From contig JABANN010000158.1 in the NCBI GenBank assembly GCA_013115125.1, positions 1 through 59,185 of the forward strand: a DNA stretch of 59,185 bases. Reading direction: 5' to 3'. This stretch comes from Perkinsus olseni (taxonomy: Eukaryota). Of the stretch, positions 25,601 to 40,600 are shown in pieces. Under the pieces are notes generated by a model. The model had not been told where the DNA came from and made no database searches. It saw only the letters and a list, made by a program, of their open reading frames with translations. A program made the translations under genes and the position numbers. Position 1 is the first letter of the stretch. Each line of letters starts with the position of its first letter.

Positions 25601-28600
25601 AGACCATCTGCGTAACTGCTCCTCCTCGACCGTCGTCCCGGTAGACACGGTAGCTAGTCAGGGGACTACCGCCATCATCAGACCCAGAGGCCCACTGGAG
25701 TGTGACAGAGCTCGCACTGGTACTGACCAACTCCAAGGCTGGCACCACTGGAGGGACCGTCGCGACATACTCGGCCTTCACCGAGGACCGTGTGCAGCTG
25801 CCCGACGGATATGCGCTGACTACATTGCAAGCCCCGACCTGGAAGTAGTACAGGGAGCCTGCGCTGAGGTAGAGCATCCCAGACACAGTGCCTCCGCCAA
25901 GCCACGCACGGGTCGTGATGGCCCCGGCAGTGGTACCATGGTAGACTTCATAGTGCGTGATAGAGCTTCCACCGTCATCAGAAGGTGCGTCCCAGGCGAA
26001 CGATATGTTCGTGCGAGATCTCGAGGCCACCCGAAGATTCGTCGGAGTGCCGGGCAACCCAGCAGCGATAACAGTAACGGTACCAGACTGCGCACCCTCG
26101 CCTGCCTCGTTCGACGCTGTCACCCAGTACGTGTACTCAGCGCCGGTAACTATACCGGTCCTATGCTCGGCGTAGCGCTGCGTTGCTGCTGCGTCATGGA
26201 CCACGAAAGGTGCCGCATTCCCAAGACTAGACCGCGCGTACACCTTGTAGCTGACCAGGGAGGCGCCATTGATCTGGGCCGGAGGGTTCCACGTAAGACC
26301 GACATAAGATCTGCTCGAGTTCGATCTGTCCAGGCCCGTCGGGGCGCTGGGTGGGAGCGCACAGTAGCCGGTAGCAACCGTGCTGTAATCCGACCATTGA
26401 ACGAGGTTCTCAGCCCGCACTCGGAAGGAATAAAGATTCCCTGTGGTGCAGCTGTCAAACACAGTGCTGACAGTTGTGGCACTTGTGGTAGCGATGAGCA
26501 CCCAATAGCCCAGGGCGTGGTCCTGGACCTCCACTTGATAGTGCAGCACCGCCAGCCCACCATCATCGGCCGGAACTGACCACCGGACCTCTATCTGTGT
26601 AGCAATGCTTCGGAGCAGCTGAACATTCTGCGGCGGCGAGGGTGCCTCAGCAGCGTACGCGCACACGTCGCTGCTTCTCGTACTGCTCTCCACCAACATA
26701 GCCCCTCCACCACCATCACCAACAGTCCCTTCATTATCAGCCGACACGACGAAGCAGTAGCGCTGACCAGCCACCAGACCGTCACTCAAGTCAACGTTAG
26801 CACTCGTGACCGTAGGAACCGTACTGGCTACCACACGGTCAACAGCCCCACCGTGGCCGTCGTCCATGAAGACAGTGTAGCTCTTGACGCTGCCACCACC
26901 AGATGAAGATGCCCAGCTCAGACCAATGGCCGTGCGGTTGCTAAAGGACACGATGGGAACTGACACGGCCGAAGGAGGGACTTGAGCCCACACAGCGGTC
27001 TCCTGCGTCCAGGTGGACAGGCCTCCGTTGCTGACCGACCGAACCTGCACGGTGTGACGAGACTCGGCCGTCAGGCTGGCGGCGGTGTAGGCCAATGAAG
27101 AGTCAACAGTGTGTTCAACACCATCCCAACGGACGATGTACCTGACACAACACCGCCCTTCACCGCCACAGGACAGTCGTCAACTCACGAAGCAATGGCG
27201 CAGCCTCCGTCGTCCAAAGGGCTCAGCCAAGCCACAGTTATCGAAGAGAGGCTCCTCGCCGAGATGTAGAGGCCCCTCGGGGCCTGCGGCGGTGCGCACG
27301 CCCACAGCGTCGTCGCTTCCGAGTGATTACCTACATAAGAGATAACAGTCCCGACAGACAACTGTTCACGTCCGGCTATTCACAAACGTACCAGTCCCTG
27401 CATCGTTCTTGGCAGCAACTCTGAAGCTATACTGCGCTCCCGCCGTCAGCATGGAAGCGACATAGCTCGTAATAGTGCCGGAATATACCTCCTCCCAAGT
27501 GCCGTTGTCACGCTGCAGCTCTAAACTGTAGCTGCGTACCTGCCAGGGCATTGGGAACCTCTAGGGAAGGGTAACCTGCCTCCTACCGTAGCTCCCTGAT
27601 CATCAGGCTCAGCCCACTGCAAGAAGGCAGACGTCCGCGTAGTGCTGGTACACAGCGGGGACGAGGGCGTACTCGGAGACCCTGCCGCCAGCAGAGGTGG
27701 TGAGGTCTGTGACGGGTGCCCAACACCAACAGCGTTCTCAGCTCGGATGGTGTACGTATAAGCAGCGCCTGCCATAGGAAAAATCGCAAATCATCAACAT
27801 TTGCCTTGAACAACCTCACCCGCAGTGACATCCCCATCCCTATACCGCAGCTGCATCGTGTCCTGTACCGCAGCCGAGGCGTCCAAGGGGACCATGACCA
27901 TCAACGGTGGGTGCAGCGACCCATCCGGCATCGTCGGGGCCGAGTTGTAGTAGTAGCCCTCCACGTAAACCCAGACGTAGAAGCTCTCGTTGTGGTGTAG
28001 CCCGCAGCCGGAAAGGCCAACGTTCTGCTGTACGTTGGTGACTAGCAGGCCGGATCTCTTGCAGTCCGTACCACCCAGGGCACCCTTGCCCATCCGGGCA
28101 TGGGACTCGGTCATAGCCGGAGAGCCCCCGTCAGCCTCAGACCTAACCACGAACACCCAAAGCCTTCCTCGCGCCATCTCTGGGACAAACGACACCGTGA
28201 AGCCATCAGTGGTAACCGCACCGGTGAGGTAAGGGTTAGTAGCAAACCTATTGGAAACGACGTTCGGTACGGCCACATCCAGGCGACTGAACTCTCCATC
28301 GGTCGCTCCGGTTGTCCCATCGTCAAGGTAAACATGGACAGTGTACAGCCCACCAGCCTGGTACGTTCCCAAGAACTGCCACGCTACCTGCACTCCCCCA
28401 GTGACGCCCACACCCTGGAAGACAGCAGTAGTGGCTCCTGGCGCCGTCGGCGGCGACACCGATTTCATCTGAGCGGCCGAGACCACTGCTCCCCGGAGGG
28501 ACACGATGCCCCAGGCCATGCCGCTGGACGATGGGGTGAAGGACATCGTTATAGCGGTAGTAGTAGGGGTACTCGTCAGCAGCGGGGCCTTGGAGAAGTC

Positions 28601-31600
28601 ATTGGACTTGCCGATGAAGACGGGTACGGCCTCGCTCAGCTGGCCACTGCCGCCAGCTAGCTCATCGTCAACATACACGAAGAGGGCGTACTTGGTGTTC
28701 CTGGTGAAGCCACAGCCAGTGAAGTTAACAGAAGTTACATGATTTGGCCAATGGCCCGTGCTGGCGATGGCTCCTCCAGTGATCTCGCACGTTGCTGCCA
28801 CAGTAGCCGCATAGATCTTCGGAGAGTCCCGGATGGCTCGAGCGTCGACCCGACTGGAGTTTGCCTCCTGGACCACATACGCCCAGAACTTGCCCACGGC
28901 CGCTGGGGTGAATTCGAAGTTAAAGCCATCGGGCGACGCAACGCTCGTCACCCGCGGGCCCAAGATGAAGCTGTTGGCAACCTCTACCGAGAAGTCAAGT
29001 TGGTCCAGCTCGCCGTCGAAGTCCAAGGTGCCCTCCTCAACGTAGGTGAGCAAGGTGTACTCCGTTCCATTGTGAAGGTCACAACCGGACAGCTCAACCA
29101 TCACGGACGTCAGCGACGGGCAGGCCTGGTCGAACTTCATGCAGCTGCCAACATGGCCTGTGGCCAAGTCCGATGAGCGCATCTCCCGTGGGCCGATTCG
29201 ACTGGCGTTGACCCGGGAAGCTATCTGCATCCAGTAGCGTCCCGCCTCTACACAAGCGAGCTCAACGTAAACACCGTCCGAGGAGGCCGGCCGTACCATC
29301 CTAGGCCGAACGTGGAAGGTATTGGATCGGCGTACAGTGAAGTCATTGGACCACCCAATTGTGCCGGCTGTCCCTCTGGCCTCTCCTGACAAGTAGACAA
29401 CCACGCTGTATCTACCATTGAACTCAGCCGTGCAGTTGTGAAGCTCCCATACAGTGTAGCTCGAGTTCGCCACCACCTCCGGGCCCCGAGTGCAGTTGTT
29501 GTCCGACTGGACCCCCGCCAAAGGGTTACTCCTTTCACTGAAGGCCATGGTACCAGACGCCGTTAGGCCCGATAACTTGTGGGCCTCGACGACCATGGCC
29601 CAGGCGTAGCCCGACCGAGCTGCCCAAAAACGTACTGTGGTGGAATTGAACCCGGCATCAGTTGAGGCATTGACCTGTGGCAGTCGGAGGAAGTGATTAT
29701 TAGTCCCCGGCGCCACAGTGAAGTCCAATGGCTCAGCGACCTCACCCAGAGTGTCACCAAAGGTACCAGAGGCGTAGACCAACAGCCTGTACTGCCTTCC
29801 ATGGACCAACCGGCAGTCCCTCATGGTGAAAATCTCTTCCACCTCGCCGAAGATACCAGCCCTCTCGAGTCTGCACTGCGTCCCGGCAGCAACTCCTGCT
29901 GAGCCGTTCATGATGGTCTCCTTAGTAACGGCCGTGTAACCGTCCCACACCACCGCCCAGATGTAGCCGGACCGGACGACCGTCACACCGAAGGTGACAA
30001 CATCACCGTCGGGCGTGGCGGCAATAAACGGCGTTCCCTGATAAAAGGAGTTCGCGGTCGTGTTGGTAAGGTTGAAGACACTAACCCCACTCTGATCAGT
30101 CACATTGACAATCGCCAGCTGGCCGTCCAAGTTGGCGCTGCTGGTCGCGTCAGACACATAGACCACCAGGTGATAGCTCCCGGTCACATTCAGTGAGCAG
30201 TTGGTGAGACTCCTAATAGTTTGGCTCGGAGCAATCGACGCTCCGTCGTAGTAGCAGCCCTCAGCCCCCACGCGACAGGTCAAGGCCTTGGCCGAGGCGG
30301 CGGTCTGGTTGTAGCGGCAGCCCTCCGGCACGATGAACATCCACAGCTTGCCAACTGTACCGACTCTCGTATCAACATCACAGCCAGCAGCAGTAACGTT
30401 GTAGACCTCCGGACCCGACCCCAGGAAATAATTGGAGCCCTTGGTCACGAAATCGATCTGCTCCAGAGTTCCATCGTCACCACCAAGAGTATCTTCTACA
30501 TACAGGTTAAGCGTGTACCTAGCCCTCTCACCAGACCACAGGCCACACCCACTGAAGACGTTGAGGCCCCCACTAAGGTTAGTAGCTGCAGTCACGCTGA
30601 TGCTCTGTCTATAGCATACCGTCGAGTAAAGCGGTGGCACGGCCTTCATCGTGGCTGGGGTGATGCGCTCCCGATCCTCTCTGAGGCTCACCACCATCCA
30701 CAGCATACCCGACCGGGCCGGGGCGACACCCTCAACTGTCACTGTGGTATTAGACGGTGGATTCGGCCAGATGTATGGTCCAGGTGGTCTGATGAAGCTG
30801 TTCGACTTGGGCGTTCGGAGGTGTACTCCTGGCAACCACAAAGAGCCATCGCCGTAACCGGACATGCTGGTCACGTAAACATAGAGGGCGTAGTCTCGGT
30901 CGTGTTGCATCTGGCAACCGGTAAGGTAGGCAGTCTCGTTCCCGACTGTCACCAATGCTCCAGCGATTCGACAGCCGACCCCTCCAGTGGCCCCGACGCC
31001 GGACATGACATCAGCGATGGTCGGCACAGCGGCGGTGTATCCACGGACCATCGCCCAATACAGTCCCGCCTCCTCGGCCGAGAAGCTGAACCCGAATCCA
31101 TCCGAGGTGACTGGTGTCACCACTCTCGGATGCGCCACAAATTTGTTAGAAGTACCGGCCACGACCATGAAAGACTGAGTGAAGGCCAGGCGGCCGTCGT
31201 GCAAGGCGTCCTGGGACTCCACGTAGACGGCAGCGACGTACTCGCCCGAGTGCTCCAACGAACAGTTGGTCAGCGTGATCTCAGTCAAATTGGTGACGAG
31301 AACTCCGCTCCGCCTACAATCCGTCGTATGGCCCACCCCATAAGTAGCATTCTTGACATTAGATATATCCACCAGGCCAACCGCGCTCGCCCGAACGATC
31401 GATATCCAGGCCTTACCAGTCCATGCATCGAGATCAGGCCCGCCTCCTCTCAACCACACCGGGTCAGTCGGCGCAGCCGTGAATTTGACCGTGACGCCAT
31501 CACGCGTGGCTGAGCTCGAAACCAGCGGGCCCACGACGAAGTCGAACGATGCTCCCGGCACGGCCACCTCAACAGCTGGCGACAGGCTGCCGTCCGACAG

Positions 31601-34600
31601 GCCATAGGAGTCCTCAACATACATGTAGAGATCGTAGCTCTTACCCTTCTCAAGGCTGCAGTTAAAAATGACGTACACGGGGTCCGCGCCGATGCTCATG
31701 TTATCATAGCGACAGCCCGGCCCACCTACCGCATAGGTGCCCGCCTTGACAGCCTGGGCGTCAACTGCGGGGCTGTCTATTTTGCTGACCACAGAAGCGT
31801 ACATGTAGCCAGCCGAGGTGTTAGCTTGGAAGCTGACTCTGAGCTCTCGCTCAGTGGGAGGGTTGTGGAGGTACGGTAGGGAGACGAAGGTGTTGGACGG
31901 TCCGAGGCCGAAGGTGACAGGTGGTGACACGGTACCGTCACCGAGACCAAGGGAGTCCTCCACGTAGACGAAGGCCGCATACCGATCACTTCGAGCCAAC
32001 GAACAACCCGTGATCGAGAGAACACTGGCCGTGGCACCAGTGACAGCCTGACCAGCTACCCCGCATTCTACCGGCTCCTGTGGACTGAGCTCTTGCCTCT
32101 TCAGCTGCTCCAGAGACACGCACGCCGAAGATTCCTCGGGGACCACTGCAGCCCACAATCGACCACTACCTACCACCGTGTAATTGAGCTCCACCCGACC
32201 GACCGTAGGGAAGTCAATAATGTTGGGATTGGCCAGGAAGAAGTTGGACGTGTTGTGAGGGGCGGTACGAAGAGCCAGCGGCTCGGACAAAGTCCCGTCA
32301 CCGTAGCCTCGGCCGTCCTCAACGTACACTACCGCCCAGTAGGCCACCCCAGGCGACAGGCCGCAGGTCCTCAGCGTTACAATCACATCCTCATCTGCGT
32401 TGACAGGTCGGTCGGAGAATCCACAAAGGGACCCTTGCGACAGCTTTACCCCATCTACCCTCCTGATGGTACTAACAGCTCCACCCTCTACAACCGAGAC
32501 CCAATATCTTCCCGTAAAGACCGGCGTAAAGGCCAGCTGGACCAAGTTCCATTGCGGGGTTGAGTACACCCTCGGACCGCGGTATCGGCTACTCTGGAAG
32601 ACGTTACTGGGCGGCACTGTGAACTTGAGCGGTGCACTCAGACTACCATCATTGCGGCCCAAGGCGTCCTCGATGTAGACGAAAAGCACGTAAGTTGCGG
32701 AGCCGTTGAAGTTGCAGTCGGTGAGGTTCCTGGTGGTCACATTCTGGACGACCCACAGGCCCTCCGTAGTAGTCCCACACTGGCCATGGCGCCTGTACCC
32801 GACCTTCACCGCAGTAGCGTTGACCTCAGCCATATGAGTCTCCGACACCACCTGAGGTCCGATATCAACAACCGTCTACGGACCACGTTGGCTACTTTCC
32901 TCAACCCCCAGCGAACGATATTGTCATAGCAATAACACCGATGAAAACTTGAAAGATTTTTCCGAAGTCACCCTGGCTGCTAGAAGAGTGTTATACTGGT
33001 TTGAACGCGCGCGGCATTCCAGCATTCCCCCACGATGACCCACCTGCAACCAAGCCTTGCCATTCCCAGCACTGGCGCCGAATCGAACCTCCACGCTGTC
33101 CGTGGTCACCCCAACCACTCTTGGGTCCTCCCAGAAGTAGCTCGATGTCCTCGTCAGAGGCACTGGACTGCCGGACCACAGAGCTCCATCGCCATCACCA
33201 CCATTTAGACCCTCCAGGTAGACATGGGCGAAGTACTGCTGTCCCGGCCTCATCTCGCACTGGTGGACCGCGACCCGAGTAACTTGCCCGCCGGACACCT
33301 GCCTCTTGGCTTCCCGACAGGCTTCCTGAGAATAGTCGCTTCCTCCAACGACGAAGGCAGCGGCGAAGGGACCCCCACCTGCGGCCAAGCTGGGTGCTTG
33401 TTCCGTCCATAGACAACATCGAAGGCCGTCTGTGTGCCGTGGGCTGCTGTAGTCAGCTGCAACCACACGTAGCCGTCCTCGGCTGGGGTAAGTTCCACAG
33501 TGAAGGTATGAGAGCTCGTCAAGCCTACAGCGATGCGCCCAGGTTCGATCCCCAGCGACGACATCATCGGACCACTTACCCACAAATACTGGAGAAGCCT
33601 GGAAGGCGTTGCTGATAGGATAGACCAGCTGACCATCTCGATAGACCCTGTAGCCGAGCACAGCAGACCCACAGTCATCACTGGCCGACGGCCAGCTTAT
33701 CTGAAACATTACACGCAAATTGTTTAAATCAGGACAGTCGAAAATCGCCAAGGGCCAGCGGTAGGGCACACAAATGCATCACCAGCTCGTATAACCAACC
33801 GTCACCTACATCTAGTGTCCACGGGCTGCCAGCAGTCTTGGTCGGTGCCGTCGATGGGCTGGCCGGCACACACCTCATCAGCGCTGTGAAGGCACTCGAG
33901 TTGGTTCCCTGTCCTCCGCCATTGTCCGCCCCAACCTTCCACCTGTAGTAGTTGCCGTCCAGCAGGCCGGTCGCGGTGTAGCTCAGCCCCGAGCCCTGGT
34001 AGGCCAGTGCGAACTCCCCACCCCTGCTGCCGTCGTCAATGTACAGTCTATAGGAGCTGGCACCAGCAGCCTCGTCCCAGCTCAGGCTCATCCTCCCACG
34101 ACTGCGGAGGTCCCTCACGTCCAGTGCGCTCGTCTCCACGTTATACTTGAGATCGAGGCCCGTCGGGGCCGCAGGTGGCTGGACGCAGACGAAAGCGGCA
34201 GCCGAGGAGTTGGCGCCCCATCCAGCCTGCGTGAAGGCCCCCGCAGTGAGCGAATATGCGACGCCCGTCTGACAGGGCAAAGTAGCCACTGTGGTGCCAG
34301 CTTCCACTATGCTACTGTACACCGTACAAGTGTCGTTCACGATTACCCTATAACCCAGTAAATACGACCCGCCATCGTCGGCCGGCTCGTCCCACTCAAC
34401 CACCGTCATCCCTTCACCGCCACTGGATGCTCTCACATTCCTCGGAGGGCTTGCCGTATCAGCCGCCATGCAGGACACAGGTATCGTGAAATTGCCCGTC
34501 CCCACAGCGTTCACAGCGGCAACCTTGATACGGTAGCTCCAGCCCTGGGTCAGCCCCGTTAGAGTAGCGGACAGGCCGGACTCGAACCTCGCTCGGCCGA

Positions 34601-37600
34601 AGCTGCCACCTCGACCATCATCAATATAAACGTCGTAATTGATGACGGCGGCACCCCCGTCAGTAACAGGCACGGACCATCTGAGACTGCAGGTTGACCT
34701 GCTGGTCGCGAAGACCTCCAGGCCCGTCGGCGCACCAGCCACGGTAGCCGTATATCCGCTGACGTAGGCACCGTAGGGACTCCACTCAGCCAGGGCCCGA
34801 TTCCGAGCCGCTACACGGTAGACACACTGTGAGCCCGACGTAGTCGGCACGGCAGTGTCGTTATACGACAAGAGGGGCCAGGAGGAGTTAAGGACGGCAA
34901 AGCCGCTGCCGCAGTCCCTTTCGACCTTATATTGCTCCACTACAGAGCAGCCAGTGTCCGCAGGGACCTCCCAAGCCACTACGATTTCCTCAGCGGAGCT
35001 GCTGACCACTACCATCCTCTGCGGAGGGCTTGGCGGTACGGCCAGCTGCACGGATACGATGGCGCTTCTAGGGCCGAGGCCGATCGTGCTCTGAGCTGCC
35101 ACTTGGGCGTCGTACACTTGACCACACAACAAGCCTGTGGTGTTGAAGGTCCTGACATTGGGGACGGATGAGCCATCGAAGACCAGGGTAGGTACATCAT
35201 TGTAGCCATTGTTGACAAAAAGTTGGTATGACACAGTACTTGCACCACCATAGTACAAACCCGACAAGGCGTCCCATTCCCACACGAGGCTGTCCACAGT
35301 CGAGGACCTCCTTCGTAAATTTTGTGGCGCAGCGGTCGGAGGCTTGCCCACAACCTGTGACACCAGAGCACTCCACTGGCCAGTAATATTAACAAAATTG
35401 ACCGCCCTGACGCGGAACTGGTAAGTGACCCCTTCGGACAGGCCACAGACGGTCGTGTTGAGCCAGTTGGCGCCATAGCCCATCGAGGCGTCCGTCCAGG
35501 AAATGTACAGCGGCTCCGGAGCGTAGTGGAGTTGGTAGTAATTTATCGGACTACCGCCATCATCGCTGCTCGGGTCCCACGTCACAGCGACGCAGGTATC
35601 GCTGTAGTAGACAGCACTGACATTCACTGGCGGCGAAGGCTGATAGGCCATCAGCGTGTAGAGGACCGTCCTGTTGCCCACCTCCGCTGAGGACTTGCCG
35701 ATGATGTTGACCCCCAGCACGTAGGCCCTGTAAGTCCTCCCGAGCGCGAGCCCAGTCCTCACGTAGTACCTCGTATTAGGCTTATTGAGGCCATCGTAGA
35801 CCAAGGCGAAGGGCCCTCCCAAACCATCATCGCCCCACAGCTCGTAACCGCGGAAGACAACAGTGGCCTCACTGCCGATGCCAGCGACGGTCGAGTTGAG
35901 TGCATCCCAAGTGTAGCGAATGCTGCTGTTGTCCACAGTCTCCCCACCGAGGCCATCCACGCGACCAGGCAGATCGGCATTACGAGTATACAAAGCGTGG
36001 CTGTCGCTCGACCACCCCTCGCAATTCTTAGCTCGAACCGTGAACAGCCATGGACCTCCGGCGGCAGTGCAGTTCTTCCCGGTAATGGTATACGACGAGG
36101 CCAAGGCCGTGTTGACCGAGCCCGTGAGCTCCACCAGCTCAGTAGAATACTCGTACACCGCGTACTTCTCAATCTCGCACCCGCCGTCATCATCGGGAGG
36201 AGCCCATCCGATCTCGATTGTTTCCGCGTCGCAGTCCGTAGACACGACGAACGGCTTGCCAGGGGGGCCAGGGTCAGCAACAGTCCGAAACGTGGCCATG
36301 TCGCTGAGCGCGCTCTCTCCAGCCATGTTAGTGGCGCTGACTTGGAACGTATACCTCAGGCCCGGCTCAAGACCGTCGAACTCCCTGTGGGTGGCCGGGC
36401 CTTCGAAAACAGGCAGCCTACTGCCCCCTCGTCCGCTGTCCATATACAGGGTAAATTTGAATAGGTCGTTACCACCATTATCTTGAGGTTGCTCCCATAC
36501 GACGTGTAAGGCGGTACGGCTCCGATACACCACCCTGACTGATGCCGGCTGGCTCGGCGGGCTGGCGGCCACCAAAGTGGCGACAGGCGACCGGGGCGAT
36601 TCCACCCCTTCGCTGTTGACCGCGATCGTCTGGTAGCGATAGAGCCTGCCAGTGGACACAGAAAGGTCCTGGAAGTCGAACAGGTAGGGACTGCTGAGCT
36701 CAGCCATGAGCACAGAGATGGAGGAGGTAGTTGGAGGGTCATCCCGGTACACTCGAAGGTAGCGGATCGACGCACCACCGTTGTCAAGGGGAACGAACGT
36801 GTTCAGGTGGATGAAGCTCATTGAGGTATTTCCTGAAGGAAGGCAATGCACGAGACCCGGCGCTCACCTCCCCTACTTCTAGTTGGCGCAGGCGGAGCGG
36901 CGGGTGGGCCGACGATGGTTCGATGGATAGTGTTGGTACTGAGCTTGCCCCCTCGACTGTTGTTGGCGGCGATTCGAAAGCCACACCTGAACCCGAGCTT
37001 TGCAGCGCATTATTGGTCAAGACCCCCACTAGTACCTGGCACCCGTTGGCAGGCCAGTAAATGCGTAGCTGGTCGCCGTAGACGCTACTGCCGTGTTGAC
37101 GGGCGTGGTGACATCACCGCCGTTGCAATCATCCCTGAACGCTGTGAACCCTATCAGAGGTAGCTCGGCCGAAGATACGCATGTCGCGGTACTCGCCGTA
37201 GTACCTGACCAAAGGATCGCTCCCACCACCCGCGACCAGTAAACCGAGCGTCAGTACCGAGTAACATACAGCATACAGTAGATAATAGAGACTCTAGCTA
37301 CGGAGGGGAATACAAATTTTTATATTCCTGAAAGAATTTCTAACTCCATTGTTGATCGGGGTGCAAGCCCCCCACCGGCGGTGGCGCTATATACCAGGAA
37401 CTGCAAGGTACTCGATGCATCAATTGGAAGATTCCAGGAGCATTCCATTCGGGATTGTGAATCAACTAATCTGTAGATATCATTATGACATACCAGTTTA
37501 CGTATCATATTGATGAAAGATTACAAAGGTTGATCGAAACCCCATTCCCTTCACTTCCTCGACGATATTGTCACTTACAGAGGCTCCAGACTATGGTCAC

Positions 37601-40600
37601 ACTAGTAGGCGTCCTGAGGTGGTCCTCAGCCTGAATCGTGAAATCTCCAGGGAGGCTGCCCGTGACGAAGGTCTCAATATCGGACCATTGGCCGGGGGTA
37701 GTGCAGGCCAGTGGACAAGGGTAGCTGGCCAGGGTGGTGTTCTGTGGGCAGGGACCGTGCGCTCGGACTCGGACGCGGTAGTATTTACTAGGCGTGAGGC
37801 TGTGAATGACGTAAGATGGATCTAACACGATAACAGGACTGGCAACCTCGGTGACAGCAACGAACGTCCCCCTATGGACCACTGGAACAGTGGCGTCCTC
37901 GGGCTCTCCCCAACGCACGATCCGAGCCCGACTCACCAAGGACGCTGCAGGACTTGATGCTGACTGAGAGGCTACTGGCCGTCGCGTCACCGTTGTCATG
38001 CTCCAGCTCCCACATCACAATTGGGCCCGAGTCTGCCGTAGTCGGCGGGGTCCACTTCAAGGCTATCTCGATGTACGGGCTGCCGCTGTCGTACTTGTAC
38101 TCGGGCCGACCTGATGACCATTCAACAGTAAGGACGATCGAGGGAATATCTTAGGTCGGTACCGGCCCGAGACAAGTCATGGGCCGAGCGGTCGCGTACG
38201 ATGCATCCACGACTTGGTATCCGTCCCTAGCAGCCTACCGGGCTTTCCATGGGGGACTCCTGCATAGAGGGCCACTCGAGAGGTCTTCGCCCCCTCCCCC
38301 GCCACTGTTATCGCAGCTACGGCTATCCAGTAGTAGCGTCCGGGAGTGAGACCTGAATGAACACACGCTCCAGATGCACGAGACTTAGGTTCAACAGAAG
38401 AGAACTCCATGACACCAGCCGACTTCTGCCCGTCTCACCTGTCAGATTATACTCGAGGACGTTGGCTCTGGTTCTCCCATCATACACCATCTGCAGCGGC
38501 AGGCCGTCCAAGCCGTCATTAGCGTAAACCCGATACCCGGTGATAACGCATCCACCACTATCCACCAGGTTGAGTATAGGGAACCAGCTGATGCCGATCA
38601 CCGTCGGACTCCAGGCTGACGAGACTCTTGAGATGTTACTAGGGGGGCTAGGCACCGCACACGCGTACAGAGTGCGATGGCCCGAGGCGTCTCCGTCGCA
38701 ATCAGTATACTCGTCCGTGTCGCAGGTCGTGAGATCATTCACCGCGTTCCTCGCATACACCCGATAACGATATCCAGTGCTAGCCACCACCCCCGCCGCG
38801 TCGGTGTATTCCAGAATATTCGCGAACATAGCCGCGATGGTCGTGAGCACCGACGAGCCGGCCGGCGCCCGCTGCACCACGTAACCCGTTAGAGGCAGTC
38901 CGCCCGAGTCTGCCGGTGGTGACCATCTCAGGGTGATGGCCGTCAAGTTGCTGCTAGCGAGCTCAGGAGGGTCGGGCCTGTAAGGTCGTCTCCCACAAGG
39001 CTTCACGCAGCACGTTGAAGACTGGTCGCTCTCGCCAGCAGCAGACAGCGCGGTGACGCGCAGGTCGTACCACTCGCCCAGCGTACAGTCGGTCAGCGTG
39101 TACCAGAGCGTGGCGGGATTACCGGTGCCATCGTAGGCAAGCCTGAAGTTAACATAAACCTTATAGCCGGTCACAGTCGGTGGAGAGCTCGGCGTCGCCC
39201 ACGAAATCGAGATAGAGTTCTCGCTACTGCCCACAAACGACGCAATCGGTGCCGCATTGGGCGGGCTGGCCATTAGGTCGTTCTCCTGACTGTAGAGGAC
39301 CGCCCCCACAGTCACGTCGTTATCCGCGAAAAGACGGTATCGGTACACTTCGTAAGGCCTTATGTTCACCACATCAGTATACGTCAGATTGGTGATACCA
39401 GTCATCACAGTACTCCACGCGCCTCCCATTTGCGATCGCTCCAGCGTGTAGCGCAAGTTGCTGGACTTCCCGCCATCATCAGCAGCGTCCCACTCCACCG
39501 TAATGAAGTTCACAGTGGTGTTGCCAGTGCCTTGCCGAGGACGTCCCGGCCTCCCTGGCCTGCTCGCAGCGTAGGCGAAAATATCTTCGGACATAACTCC
39601 ATCGCCAGCCTGATTGACCGCTTGAACGTGGAACGTGTACAGATCACCCGAGGTCAAGGCCGAGGTCCGCCCATCCGCCAGAGTCGGAGCGTACTCGAAG
39701 CTGAGCACCGAGCTCCTGTTCCGACCATCGGAGACCAGCTTGTCCACAGGCGTATTGTTACCGCTATTGACCCACACCTTATACCCAGATACAATGCTAT
39801 CAACAGGAGCCCGCCACTTCAGAACTATGCTCGTGTTAGAGCTGCTCAACACCCAGCCATGCTCCGCCGGCACAGGAGCGTTCGGCGGGTCCGCAGCCAG
39901 CAGTGTGATACGGGTACTTCTAGGCCCCTCACCAGCCGCATTCATAGCCACCACTTGGAACCGCCAGATGTCGTTAGGAGAATCGACCTCAACGAACGGT
40001 CCGAATAACGTCAGTGTTGTGATGCCCGCGTTAGCAGTGTCCGCGTAGCTCTCGTAGCTGCCGGGAGAATAATAGACCCTGTAGCGCACCAGCGAGGTGC
40101 TGCCGACCTCAGTAGGAGGGTCCCATTTTATAGCGATCTTGTCTCGAGCTTGAGTGACCGAAAAATCTCGGTGGACGTTCGACACCGGGCCCGGTTTGAC
40201 CCAATCGCAGCAGCGGAACTCTGAGACGTTCGAGAGCGCCGAGTGGCCTACCCGAGTGTACCAACTTTGAGAGATCTTATAGACCCTCCCGTAGGTCAAG
40301 TTGCTGATGTGCACGATAGACGGATTAACGCTGGTGGCTTGAGTAACGGAGTTCCTCAGGACACCACTCCCCATGCCATCATTCCAGGCCAGCGTGTACC
40401 CTAGAGTCGGCGGCAACGTAGTCGAGCCGCAAGCAGTGGTTATCGGTGGCACCAGTGAGAAGGTGAAGCTTCCAGTTGGATCCACGCTCGAGGCCGCGGT
40501 GAGCACTGGCGGCTGTGGCGTATCAGGCAACGTGCAAGGAAATACCGTGATTTCGCGCGGCAAGCCCACCACAGTACTGGATGCCGTGAGCCGGTAGTAG

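Noticed and set aside
30221-31513. 430-aa and other plus-strand ORFs within 16.6-46.8 kb
   Set aside because: Antisense to well-patterned exons of the giant gene, with no recognisable motifs.
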